Assembly (NCBI GenBank): GCA_964016885.1
Contig: OZ024763.1
Span: 29,698,001-29,762,000, forward strand
DNA length: 64,000 bases
Direction: 5' to 3'
From: Eledone cirrhosa
Taxonomy: Eukaryota
Shown: in pieces, positions 14,536-26,920 of the stretch
Layout: each line of letters opens with the position of its first letter
Position numbering within the stretch: position 1 is the first letter of the stretch
Position numbers and translations under genes: made by a program
The notes under the pieces: generated by a model
Told to the model about the DNA's origin: nothing
The model's input: the letters and a program-made list of their open reading frames with translations, nothing else
The model's database searches: none

Positions 14536-14569
<34 letters not shown>

Positions 14570-14987
14570 AATACATATAGATACATACCAATGTATATTT
14601 ACATTTATACACACACACACTCACACACACACACACGCATATATATCATCATCATATATATATATATATACACATACACACACACACACATATATATCTT
14701 CATATATATATATATTATTATTGTTATCATCATTATAACATTTAATGTAATAATTAATGTATATGTCGTTACCTATTTTAGTAAAAAGATTTAATTTAAT
14801 TATTTCAAGAGTTTATTTGATTAGATTTTAATTTCTCTGCTAAATTTATAACGAAGTAATCTTTCAAATTTTACTTCAAGGTCTCCTTTTGGTTTTCCAT
14901 ATTGTTCAGTACTGGTTATTTTCAGAGAATTTAATATATAAATGTCTGCCTGTTTGTCTGACGTCTGTCTATAAATATATATATCCA

Positions 14988-15044
<57 letters not shown>

Positions 15045-15099
15045 GTGTATCTGTCTATCTACCCCCCCCCCCCTCTCTTTTCTTCGCTCTATCACGCTT

Positions 15100-15177
<78 letters not shown>

Positions 15178-15241
15178 TACATATTTGTGTGTGTTTATAT
15201 ATATATTTGCCATAAACATGTCTATAACTATACATATATAT

Positions 15242-15272
<31 letters not shown>

Positions 15273-15533
15273 GTATATATATAAATATTTATATATATAT
15301 GTGTGTGTGTATGTATATATATATATATATGTGTGTATGTGCGTGTGTGTAACTATATATATATATATATATATACATATTTGTGTGTATTTATATATAT
15401 ATATACATGTATATTTATACATACATATGGTGTGTATATATATATATACATATATATATATAATTATATATATATATATATATGTATATAGTTATATACG
15501 TGTTTATGGCAAATATATATAAACACACACAAA

Positions 15534-15582
<49 letters not shown>

Positions 15583-15632
15583 GTATATAGTTATATACGT
15601 GTTTATGGCAAATATATATAAACACACACAAA

Positions 15633-15690
<58 letters not shown>

Positions 15691-15974
15691 TGGTTATATA
15701 ATGATACTAAATGTGACGGGCATCCGGTTCGATCCATCCGGTTCGTGTGTTCTATAATGTTTACAGATTTCAAAAATATATTTTCATGAAAGCAAAAGCA
15801 ATTACCCATTACCTCTATATTTCTGCTTTAAATGGTTGTTATTTCATTCCAATATTTCGTCGCCATATTTCTATAAAAAACTCTATCAATGACTTTCAAA
15901 AGTTCTTGAAAATAATCAGGAAATTGAAAGTTTTTTTGTGTTTTTACTATAATTTCTTCATTCTCATAACTGTT

Positions 15975-16260
15975 ACTGCTGCACGTCGGGTTGAGGAGGC
16001 CAAACTCTCCAAGTACCGGTCGCTTTCCGACAGGTTCGCGGTCGTGCCCATGGCAGTGGAGACTTCTGGTGTCCTTGGCCCTAGCGCTACCTCCCTACTC
16101 ACCACCATAGGCGCTGAGCTGGCCAGCCTCGCGAGTTGGAATGGCTCTTCCAGCGCGTCTCCCTTACCATCCTCCGGGGAACCGCCTTCTCCATTTTGTC
16201 CGCCGGGCCTGTGGGGAGGCCAGCACGTGGGATCCCATTTGGCTCACCATACGGATTAAT
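15975..16260 (+). mobile_element. Degenerate REL-endonuclease LINE C-terminal fragment (CRE-like)
   Basis: AARRVEEAKLSKYRSL...FAVVPMAVETSGVLGPSA, then after a frameshift EWLFQRVSLTILRGTAFSIL; GC-rich island. Confidence 0.7.
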
Positions 16261-16399
16261 AAGCAAAGTTGTAAACTATTGTTCCTACCGGTTGGAAGTC
16301 GGAGTTACAGTTCTATAACTTAACAAATGTTCTTACATAAAAATTTGATGAGGTGTTTTCAGATTCATATAAATACATTAACCGATTTTTCTTTTATCA

Positions 16400-16504
16400 T
16401 ACAGGGTGTCCTAATAACTGTGTACACACTTTGGTTACCTCTACAGGCAATAATTATTAGAATACTGTTGAAGTATGTATACATTTTTTGGAAACGCCTC
16501 GTGT
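16400..16504. mobile_element. Degenerate Tc1/mariner-type MITE
   Basis: TA|CAGGGTGTCC..aactgtgtacacact terminus with a decayed complementary end; the same terminus recurs at 24658. Confidence 0.5.
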
Positions 16505-16692
16505 TTATAACATTTAGCAACAGTTTTGACATAAAAATTGAGAAAATAATGAAGAATTTGAAGAGATTTAGTAAAATAAGTAATTTTCCTATTGTTAAGA
16601 TGGTGCTTGGAACATAACTTAATAATGATTCTTTAATAAAATCACGATAGAAATTGTTTAGATAAATATCAACGCTTTAACACTTTCTTTAC

Positions 16693-16750
<58 letters not shown>

Positions 16751-16789
16751 GATTTTCTAATAATTTAGAAAATAAAGAATTTGAAAGAA

Positions 16790-17437
16790 TACGATCGCGA
16801 ATACAAGTGGCCGAAAAGGCATTCCTCTGAAAGGTCTTTAGAGTAATGTTACTCGATAAATTGCGTAACTCGGAGATCAGAGAGTCACTCCAGGTAGAGC
16901 TGCTACTTCTCCTAATTGAGAGATCACATCTCTGGTACTATGGACATGTGATTAGAATGTCTCAGGAAAGAATCACTGGACAGATTTGTAGCTCGGAGAT
17001 CAGAGAGTCACTCCAGGTAGAGCTGCTAATTCTCCTACTTGAGAGATCACAGCTCTGATACTATGGACATGTGGTTAGAATGTCCCAGGAAAGAGTCACT
17101 CGACAGATTTGTAGCTCGGAGATCAAAGAGTCACTCCAGGTAGAGCTGCTATTTCTCCTAATTGAGAGATCACAGCTCTAATACTATGGAAATGTGGTTA
17201 GAGTGTCTCAGGAAAGAATCGCTGAACAGATTTTACAGGTAAAAACCAAGCGGCAAGAGACCCTAGGTTAGACCCCGAAAAAGATGGTTAAATAACATCC
17301 ATGAGCCTGGCTGGTCACGCTTGAGGATCCAGCCAGATCAGTTGGATGTGGTTACTTCTGAGAGGACCCGCTGGAAGGAGTGTTTGAGGACTCTTCCCCC
17401 ACAACCCTCTCAGGAATAAGTGGACGAAGAAGAAGAT
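16790..17437 (+). mobile_element. RTE-like LINE 3' fragment with a 123-bp internal triplication
   Basis: DKLRNSEIRESLQVE..IERS.L.YYGHVIRM, then a GKRP.GRP.KRW-like segment; repeat units start at 16869, 16992 and 17115; stops present. Confidence 0.8.
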
Positions 17438-17949
17438 ATTTCTTAGATTTCGAAATGGCATTTGCATAAAATTATGATGGAATATTTATGAAGGTATCAA
17501 GAATTTCGACAGATTTAGTAACATAACTAACTTTTCTATTATTAATCTGGTGTTTGGAACATAACTTAACGAAGATTCGTATATACAATTTATGATAGAA
17601 AGATGTTAGATAAACAATTTAACCCTTTATTTACCAAAATCTAATGACTATCTAATAATTTAGAAAATAAATAATTTGAAGATATTTAGTAACATTACTA
17701 AATTTCATGTTATTAATCTGTTGTTTGGAACATAACTTAACAAAGGTGTTCATAGTCGTGGTGATGGCATTGTCGAAAGATTTGATAATGATGATGGCCT
17801 TGGTGGCAATTGTGAAGATGGTATCAATGATGTTGGTATTGTCTACTGATGTTGGTGATGGCGATACTGATGGCGGTGGTGTTGGTGGTGGCATTGTCTA
17901 GTGATGGTGTTGATAGAGGCGGTAGTGATATTGCTGTTATTGCAGATGC

Positions 17950-17992
<43 letters not shown>

Positions 17993-18422
17993 CACTGTTT
18001 CTTGTGGTTGTGAACGATATAGTTGGCGGATGTGAGATAATAGTAATTAATTTTAAAACAAAAATAAAATGAAATAAATTTTCCACGGATCTAAAAAAAA
18101 AAATTAAGAAAAAAAAACAAGAACTGAAAACCCCCCAAAATCAAGAAAATAAACAGCTACAACACCAGCAAATAACAAGAACAACAAAAAAAAGCAAAAA
18201 ACATATATGCTAAAAAATAAATAGACATAAAATTTGTGAATGAGATAATTTGATTAAATTTAATGAAAATGAGAAGAATTTTTCGAAGGAGGGGGGAGGG
18301 GTGAAATCGGATTAAACTTTTTGACATGGGGAAACTTCAAAACATTCTTCAGACAATTCCAGTGATTTGAAGAATTATGAAGAATTATGAAGAATTTTGA
18401 AGAATTTTGAAGAAATGTGTGA

Positions 18423-18632
18423 GGAATGGCTTGTGTGTTGGTTAAAGAAATGGAGTTCGATTCTTCGCTTCGCAACCATGTAATGTAGTTTGGGGAGTTC
18501 TGTCCCATAACGTGGAACTTGGGACGCACCAGTGTATCTGTGTGTCTTTTACTAAACTATAGCCCCCGTGTGACCAATGAATGTCATATGAGTGACGTTT
18601 GATTGACACGGAAGATGTATGAAAAACCGTCG
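18423..18632 (+). mobile_element. Degenerate tRNA-derived SINE, family D
   Basis: tggcttgtgtgttggttaaagaa...cttcgcaaccat...gttctgtccca...actatagcccc...gacacggaaga...ccgtcgt, ending in (TA)n. Resembles octopus SINEs from memory. Confidence 0.55.
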
Positions 18633-18869
18633 TGTATATATGTGTATATATATGTGTATATATATGTCTATATATATGCATAATCGTGACATGGAGACAC
18701 TTCAAAACATTCTTCAGATATAAAAGATACAGAAGCGAAAACGAACCAAGCAGTGGGTGTGTTCTGTTATTATTTATGGCAATATTACAACAATATGACC
18801 CTCCCCAAGTATAACAATATATATATATGTATTTATATGTATGTATATATATGTATGTATATGTATATG

Positions 18870-19697
18870 TATAGAGGATTAGTGGAGGGGAAGAGCGACG
18901 ACGTACTTGGGGAAACTCTAGGCGTCGACGAAAATCAACTAGCCAATCTCTTCGGAAGAACTTTCGGGCCGGGGCCTATGGACAACTTCCAGAAATCCCT
19001 GGCCTGGCAGTGCTACCGAGGAGCTTTGCCAGTTCGAGATAAACTCTACAGGCATGGAGGTGCCGTCCAGTGTCCGAGCATTGCTGACTTGTGGGTTTAT
19101 GTCGAACACCTGCTGTCGCGTGTAGGACGGATCCAGCTATCAGCTGAGTCCATCGTGAGGATTGCCCCGCACTCTTCCTTTAGCCGGGAAGGGCAGGGAG
19201 TTTTTATCTGTCTGGTGGCCATGGCGAAAGAGATCGTATGGTAGACACGTTTGAAAGGGCTGAAGACGAGCACTTACCTCTTCGGTGATGCCCTGATTAA
19301 CTTTTTTCAAATTTCATTTAAAAAGGAAAATCAGGGTAGAAAGGGAAGTGCTCTCTTCCCAGCAATTTGTTGAAAGATGGGTGACAGAGGCAAGTATGGC
19401 TCGAGTGAATGGGCCTACTCTGAGTATGTGTCTGTAAATTAAAGGGGGAAAACTGGGAGAGGGCACTTGCCCTGGTGGTCAGGGTCACTGTGGCTTTTTA
19501 ATGGGCTTTCTCCACGAATGTCCCTCGGAAGTCCCCCCCACCCCCACCCTATTGGGGAATTTTTTCTTTGTTCTATTATTACATCCTGTGTTTCTTGTTT
19601 TTTACACGCAGAAATGCCCATTTGTACCGCTCTGAATTGTCCTGTACTGTCCTTAATGTCTACTTTATGTAGACCCTTGTGGTTAATAAAGAAAGCA
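18870..19697 (+). mobile_element. 5'-truncated Tx1 LINE copy (ORF2 C-terminus and 3' UTR)
   Basis: YRGLVEGKSDDVLGETLG...FGRTFGPGPMDNFQKSLAWQCYRGALPVRDKLYRHG matches the ORF2 C-terminus at 55306-55941; AATAAA at 19685. Confidence 0.9.
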
Positions 19698-19755
19698 TTA
19701 TTTCTGGCAATATTATAACAATATGACCCTCCCTAAGTATAACAATATATATATA

Positions 19756-19885
<130 letters not shown>

Positions 19886-19995
19886 TAGTAGTAGTTCCAC
19901 AACAGTTAGTTCACAATTGTGGAACTACTACCAAACTCAACCATGGACTGAGTGCTCTACTACTACGGATAAAAACCCTTCAGTACTCTACTATT
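19886..19995 (+). mobile_element. Family F fold-back remnant in (TA)n
   Basis: Hairpin gtagtagttccacaa...ttgtggaactactac plus tail ccatggactgagtgctctactactacg, shared with 33819-34033. Confidence 0.75.
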
Positions 19996-20061
19996 ATATA
20001 TATATATATATATATATATAGAAGTACCTGCATTGTCTTGGCCTTATTACACATATCAAAC

Positions 20062-20116
<55 letters not shown>

Positions 20117-20124
<8 letters not shown>

Positions 20125-20340
20125 TAACAGTTTAAAGTTTAAGCAAAGACTCGCTGCTTTCACCCTTAACGGGATCTTCTGAAAGATCCTGTTAAGGGTG
20201 AAAGCAGCGATTCTTTGTTTAAACTTTAATGTGTTATTTTAATAAATATTTGCTCTATGATTCTTATATATTTGATATATATTTATCCGTATCGAGCCCT
20301 CTTTGGATTTTAGTCTTTACATTTATTATTATTACTATAT
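20117..20340 (+). mobile_element. Family E fold-back element (60-bp-arm palindrome plus ~95-nt tail)
   Basis: Arms 20119-20178 and 20183-20242 with a 4-nt loop; tail shared with 33725-33810 and 39325-39418. Confidence 0.85.
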
Positions 20341-21535
20341 ATATATATATATGGTAAAAGGGGGAGGGTGACGTGCTAGAACAGCCACCCCAGCTCGCGG
20401 TTCTCGCACCTGCAGGAAACCAACTCCGCTTCGATAGACGTGAGTAGAGATGTTTCAATAATAATTGGCGTCATTACTTGACTAAAATTCTGCTAAATCG
20501 ATCGATTCTGGAATCAGAAAAATTTAAACGTCGAGACCATGGCGTAATTTGAACCCAGAAATTCCAAATCATAGATTTATAGATTTTTATAGCATAAGGA
20601 ATTTTAATAATCCCTGGTGCTTCCCAATTTTCTACCTGCTTGTCATTCTGTCAAAACAAAACAAAACTTAATATAGAACCAAAAACAAGCCAAAAATTCT
20701 GATAGTAAAATATAAAATATAAAATTAATAACAACGATAATATTTAATAATGGTTATGACAATATTGTAATACTGTAAAATTTTTCACACTCTGCCATAA
20801 CATTCCATAGTTTTTCAAAAAAGATCTTCTTTAAAAATGACGAAATATTGATGATAGGAAATGAAGAGAAACAATTATACCTAATCAATTTTATTCATTA
20901 TTTTTCGCTCTCTATTGACAGAAGAACTTCTAATGAAAATTATCCTATCCTCTCCATTTTGTTTTTTTATTATTTATTTCATATTTTTCTATTACTTTTT
21001 TAAACACTTTTTTTAATATCTATTTTATAATATTATATTTATGTAATTTTTATATATTGTAATTTCATGTTATTATTACCATTATTATCCATATTATTAT
21101 TATTATTATTATTATTTTATTTTATAAATTTTATCTTTTTATTACTTTTTTTATATCTATTTTATATTATTATATTTATGTAATTTTTATATATTGTAAT
21201 TTCATATTTTTATTATTACCATCATCATCATCATCATTATTATTATTATCATTATCATTATTAGTATTATTATTATTATTATTATTATTTTATTTTATTT
21301 TATCTTCTTGTTATTTTTTTGTTGAAATTTTTTTTATCTAAATTAGAAGAATAGGATATATGGATGAAAAGATTTTAAAAAATCCCCCAAAACAACAACA
21401 ATACATTTAAAATTAAAAGCAAAAACAAATAACCAAAAAAAAATGTAAAATTTCTAAACACACAAGCAAAAAATGAAAAATAAAATAACAGAAATAATTA
21501 AAATGCATAGAAAACTTTTTTTTTAATTGTTATAT

Positions 21536-21570
<35 letters not shown>

Positions 21571-22313
21571 TGGGGGATTTAGAGAAAAAAAATTAAATTA
21601 AATAAATTTAAATAAAATATAAAATAAATCACAACATAAACTATAAAGAATCTAATTTAAGTTTTATTTGTTATTGTTGGTGGTAGTGTTGTTGTTGGTG
21701 TTGTTGTTGTTGGTGATGTTGGTGTTGTGCTTGTTGGTGGTGGTGGTGTTGTGCTTGTTGGTGGTGGTGCTGCTGTTATGGTTGGTGGTGTGTTGTTGGT
21801 GTTGTTGTTGATGGTGGTGGTGGTGTTGTTGGTGTTGTTGTTGGTGTGTTTTTGATCATGTTGATGTTGATGTTGTTGTTGGTGGTGGTGGTGGTGCCTT
21901 TTTGGTGTTGTTGGTGGTGGTGTTGGTGTTGTTTTTGGTGGTGTTGGTAGTATGTTTGTTGTTGTTGTTAGTGTGCTTTTGGTGATGTTGGTGGTGGTGG
22001 TGTTGGAAGTGCTTTTTGTTGTTGTCGTGGGAGTAGTTTTTGGTGTTGTTGGTGTGTTGTTATTGTTGGTGGTGTTGGTGTTGTTGTTGGTGGTGGTGTT
22101 GTTGTTGGTGGTGGTGTTGTTGCTGGTGTTGTTGTTGTTGGTGGTGTTGTTCTTGTTTTTATTACCGAATTCTTTCGTTAATAATTCTGTAATTTATTAA
22201 TAACCGTTAACGGATATTGGATTATAGAAAGTACATAAATATAACACGAGGTGACAAGGAACGAAAACGAAAGAGAGAGAGGGGGAGATAGTGTGTGTGA
22301 ATTAGAGTGAAAC

Positions 22314-22383
<70 letters not shown>

Positions 22384-22625
22384 AGGAATGTATGAATATA
22401 TATATATATATATACATGTAGGAATGTATGAATATCTATATATATAGACATGTATATATATATATGTATGCATGCATGTATATTTATATATATATATATA
22501 TATGCGTGTGTGTATGTGTGTGCGTGCGTGCGATTGTTTATGTAAGGGCGTGCGATTGTGTGCTTAAATATGTATGAAGAGAGACAGGAATACCGGGAAC
22601 CAAAAATTGAGAAAGAATGTTTTGA

Positions 22626-22677
<52 letters not shown>

Positions 22678-23240
22678 AGGGTTTTAGTTAAATAGAAAAC
22701 TATTTCACACATGCGCTGAAGAGCTCAAGAAGAATCTGAAACCGTGTGTCTATTAGGGAAAAAAAATAACTGAAACTCAATTACTTAATTTTCAGGATGC
22801 CATCCATACTATCTTTCCTTCAAACCCCTCACCACCCCAAACATACATTTCCTTTAAGGCATCGATGTAGCCTCTGCACAGCCACACCATCTGTTAGTTA
22901 TGACTACCAGAAACTTCTTCCGAGCAACACACTGACTTACGTTTCCTGGAAGGATAGTCCGCGTTGGATAACGTAAAATTTGAAATGAAATGGTTTCTTG
23001 AAACGATGGGATGTGCAGGGAAGGATCGCTTTTGGCCATCGATCTGATTGATGAATGCATTTCTTCTAAGGCAGCAACGTAGTCTCTGCACAGTCACATA
23101 TATGTTAGTTATAACAGTCATTTCTTCCAAAGAATCACACACAATCTTATGTTTTAAGGAAGAAAAGGACGTGTATCTATAAATATATATATATACATAT
23201 AAATATATATATATTAAAATAACAGATTAAAGTATATCAT

Positions 23241-23289
<49 letters not shown>

Positions 23290-23291
<2 letters not shown>

Positions 23292-23455
23292 GTGTTTCCG
23301 TGGGAAAGGTGAAGGAAAGGAGAGTGCTCTATGTAGGCTAAATAGCTATTTAGTTATGTAATACACAACATAAGATAATTATTGCATTTACCAAAGGTTT
23401 CATGACGGCAGACGAGCTTGACACAGACGTCTGAAATCGCTGATCAAAATGAAAT
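23290..23455 (-). mobile_element. Family J element with decayed hammerhead
   Basis: Minus strand GAAACCTTTGGTAA (as at 33404-33417), decayed core TTGATCA, tail motif TAGAGCACTCTC. Confidence 0.5.
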
Positions 23456-23461
23456 TTTATT

Positions 23462-23633
23462 TTATTTGATGCGGATGTACGATATGGATTTAAAAACAAA
23501 GGCTAAAATAATTGAAAGCGAGGCTGATATATAATATAAAATAAAATAAGAGGAGAAAATAGGACGTAATGTAATGGGGACAGGATCTTCTGAAACTAAA
23601 AAAAATATCAATCTGTAGACGCAGAAGTAAATA

Positions 23634-23640
<7 letters not shown>
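23462..23640 (-). mobile_element. Family E fragment
   Basis: ggatcttctgaaactaaaaaaaatatcaatctgtagacgcagaagtaaatattc matches 33637-33690 and the reverse complement of 39218-39270. Confidence 0.6.
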
Positions 23641-23699
<59 letters not shown>

Positions 23700-23702
<3 letters not shown>

Positions 23703-23870
23703 ACTAAGGAAATGTGGTAAGGAACCAGGTGTACCATAATGCACCAAAGTACTCAATACTTAGGGTAGTAGAGTGGGTAATAGGAACGAGTTTCGACGGC
23801 TATTCTGGACTCAGAATTATCCGTCGAAACGGCTTGAGCTCAGCCGTCGGGGTCCTACTCGTTCCTATAT
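23700..23870 (-). mobile_element. Family A fold-back element
   Basis: Tail on minus strand, then an inverted segment GAAAcggcttgagctcagccgTCggggtcctactcgttccta. Confidence 0.85.
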
Positions 23871-23879
23871 ATATATAAT

Positions 23880-24033
23880 TATAATTGAATATAAAAGAAA
23901 AACGAACACAGATATACATATATATGTGTTCAAATCGCATGGGACCAGATTCACCTTAGCGAATCTGGTCCCTTGCGTTTTGAACACATATATGTGTATA
24001 TCTGTGTTCGTTTTTCTTTTATATTCAATTATA
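23880..24033. repeat. Palindrome, ~73-bp arms, 8-nt loop
   Basis: ...cgcatgggaccagattc-accttagc-gaatctggtcccttgcg... with few mismatches; flanked by TA repeats. Confidence 0.9.
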
Positions 24034-24218
24034 TATATACAATTTTATATTCAATTATATATATATAACCATATATATATAACCATACTCGTTTCCCTAA
24101 GTAACTTCTCAATTATATGTAGTTTGTCATGTTACTTCTTATGGTATATAAATATTGAGTTTTGTCATAACTGGAGTGAAACTATCAGCACATTTGAGGT
24201 ATGTCAGACATCAATTTG

Positions 24219-24280
24219 TTTTATCTGATGAAGACGTACTGATGAAACAGCTCAGTACCTCTGAAATATATATAATAAAA
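24219..24280 (+). ncRNA. Type I hammerhead ribozyme motif (family H)
   Basis: TTTTAT-CTGATGA-AGAcGTACTGA tgaaacagc TCAGTACcTCT-GAAA-TATATA-TA-ATAAAA: 6-bp stem I, 10-bp stem II, palindromic stem III. Confidence 0.8.
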
Positions 24281-24447
24281 TATATTTGATCACATGAATG
24301 TCTATATTTATTAATATTTTGAAGTTATATATATATATATAAATATATATATGCATATTTAAATATATATATGTACATATATATACACACATATCTATCT
24401 ATCTATCTAGGTGGGTAAGATTCCCGAGACGAATATATATATTATAT

Positions 24448-24631
24448 ATAACAAAGGAATTGTGGTAAGGATCCAGATGAACCATAACGCACCAGAGTAC
24501 TCAATACTTAGGGTAGTAGAGTGGGAAATAGGAAAAAGTATGACCCTGACGGCAGAGCTCAAGCCGTTTCGACGGCTATTTCTGCCCAGAAACGGGTTGA
24601 GCTCTGCTGTCGGTGTCATACTTTCCCCTAT
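24448..24631 (-). mobile_element. Family A fold-back element
   Basis: Tail plus hairpin 24528-24631 (gacggcagagctcaagccgtttc / gaaacgggttgagctctgctgtc). Confidence 0.85.
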
Positions 24632-24657
24632 ATATATATATATATATATATATACAT

Positions 24658-24716
24658 ACAGGGTGTCCCCAAACTGTATACACACTTTTATCAGAATGCT
24701 GTTGAAATGTGTATAT
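24658..24716. mobile_element. Tc1/mariner-type terminus fragment
   Basis: TA|CAGGGTGTCCccaaactgtatacacact, similar to 16400. Confidence 0.45.
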
Positions 24717-24808
24717 ATATACATATATCTCTGTATCAAATGTGTGCGTGTATATATATATATATATACATAAATACCTTTTAAATAAATGTTTTATATA
24801 GTAAAATA

Positions 24809-24920
<112 letters not shown>

Positions 24921-25344
24921 GGGCGCAGAAAATGGAAGAGATAAGTTAAGTGTGACATACAGGCACAAACAGATGAATGGGGAAGGGGTTAAGTTGAGCT
25001 GTTCTCATGATCTTGGTGCTGGTACTGGTGTTGGAGGTGATGATGATGTTGGTGGTAGTGGTGGTGGTGGTGATGGGGGGGGTATGGTGGTGGTGTTGGA
25101 GGTGTGGTGTTGGTATGGTGTTGGTATGGTGGTGGTGTCGGGGTTACAAAATTGCCCATGTCACAATGCCATCATAGTCCAAAGTTATTGATTACCAAAA
25201 AGAAGAATTTGATATGGTTCTTCTATTACTACTTAAAGATATTCCCAGACCACTACAGCTCCGAGAATATGCCTATGTAAGTCTATATCTGTACATGGCT
25301 ATATGTGTATATGTATACATGTATATAAGTGTATATATGAATAA

Positions 25345-25394
<50 letters not shown>

Positions 25395-25420
25395 ATATAT
25401 ATATGTATATATGTGTGTAT

Positions 25421-25452
<32 letters not shown>

Positions 25453-25460
25453 GTGTGTAT

Positions 25461-25542
<82 letters not shown>

Positions 25543-25556
25543 GTGTGTGTATATGT

Positions 25557-25615
<59 letters not shown>

Positions 25616-25633
25616 CATATTTATAAATATATA

Positions 25634-25681
<48 letters not shown>

Positions 25682-25714
25682 CATATATATACATATATAT
25701 ATATAAATATATAC

Positions 25715-25747
<33 letters not shown>

Positions 25748-25766
25748 CATATATATACATATATAC

Positions 25767-25864
<98 letters not shown>

Positions 25865-25911
25865 ATATATATATATACACATATATATATATACATATAT
25901 ATATACACATA

Positions 25912-25943
<32 letters not shown>

Positions 25944-26096
25944 AAGGGTGGTGAAACTGGGGGCCAGGTGGGCGATGCCATTGATTTATAGAGGGATATT
26001 GGAAAAGTGTACCGTGTAGTCGACATAGAGAGGAGGAGAGTTTGGTGTTGATTGATATAGAGAGGGGGATTGAAAGAGAGTTCCGCGTAGTAGATA

Positions 26097-26283
26097 TAAT
26101 TGTTTCTACTTTTGGCACAAGGCCAGCAATTACCCCAATACATTACTGGTACTTTATTTTATCGACCCCGTAAGGATGAAAGGCAAAGTTAACCTCGGCG
26201 GGATTTGAACTCAGAATGACAAGGGCCGTTACTCAATACGCCAAAAGCATGGCGTCCGACACTCTACCGATTCTGACAATCCA
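26097..26283 (-). mobile_element. tRNA-derived SINE, family B
   Basis: Full-length reverse-complement copy. Confidence 0.85.
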
Positions 26284-26329
26284 CGGCCCTTAGTAGTAGA
26301 TATAATGAGTGGGAGAGTCTGGTGTTAAT

Positions 26330-26736
26330 TGATATAGAGAGGGGGATTGGGAGAGTACGCTGTATGGTTCATGTAGAGAGGGGGATAGTTTGGTGGTAAT
26401 GAATTGTGTGAGATTATTGATAGAGATAGGTAATGGAAGATATAGAGAGGGGGGTTGGGTGAGTACGCTGTATGGTTCATGTAGAGAGGGGGATAGTTTG
26501 GTGGTAATGAATTGGGTGAGATTATTGATAGAGATAGGTAATGGAAGATATAGAGAGGGGGGTTGGGAGAGTACGCTGTATGGTTCATGTAGAGAGGGGG
26601 ATAGTTTGGTGGTAATGAATTGGGTGAGATTATTGATAGAGATAGGTAATGGAAGATATAGAGAGGGGGGTTGGGAGAGTACGCTGTATGGTTCATGTAG
26701 AGAGGGGGAAAGTTTGGTGGTAATGAATTGGGTGAG
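26330..26736. repeat. 108-bp minisatellite, ~3.8 copies
   Basis: gagtacgctg recurs at 26353, 26461, 26569 and 26677. Confidence 0.9.
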
Positions 26737-26920
26737 GTGGATTGGCAGAATCGGTAGAGTGTCGGACGCCATGCTTTCTAGCATAATTACGTCCCTTTAC
26801 GATCTGAGTTCAAATCCCGCCGAGGTTGACTTTGCCTTTCATCCTTGCGGGGTCGATAAAATAAAGTACCAGTAATGCACTGAGTAATTGCTGGCCTTGT
26901 GCCTAAAGTAGAAACAATTA
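26737..26920 (+). mobile_element. tRNA-derived SINE, family B
   Basis: tggcagaatcggtagag A-box-like head, gagttcaaatccc B box, conserved central domain and tail. Confidence 0.85.

Noticed and set aside
18320-18720. Minus-strand CTGAAGA motifs in a ~32-bp direct repeat
   Set aside because: Followed by GAAG with no stems; simply a duplication around the SINE region.
22711-22750. Hammerhead CTGAAGA...GAAACCG
   Set aside because: Stem II does not close and there is no proper UH site; at best a decayed copy.
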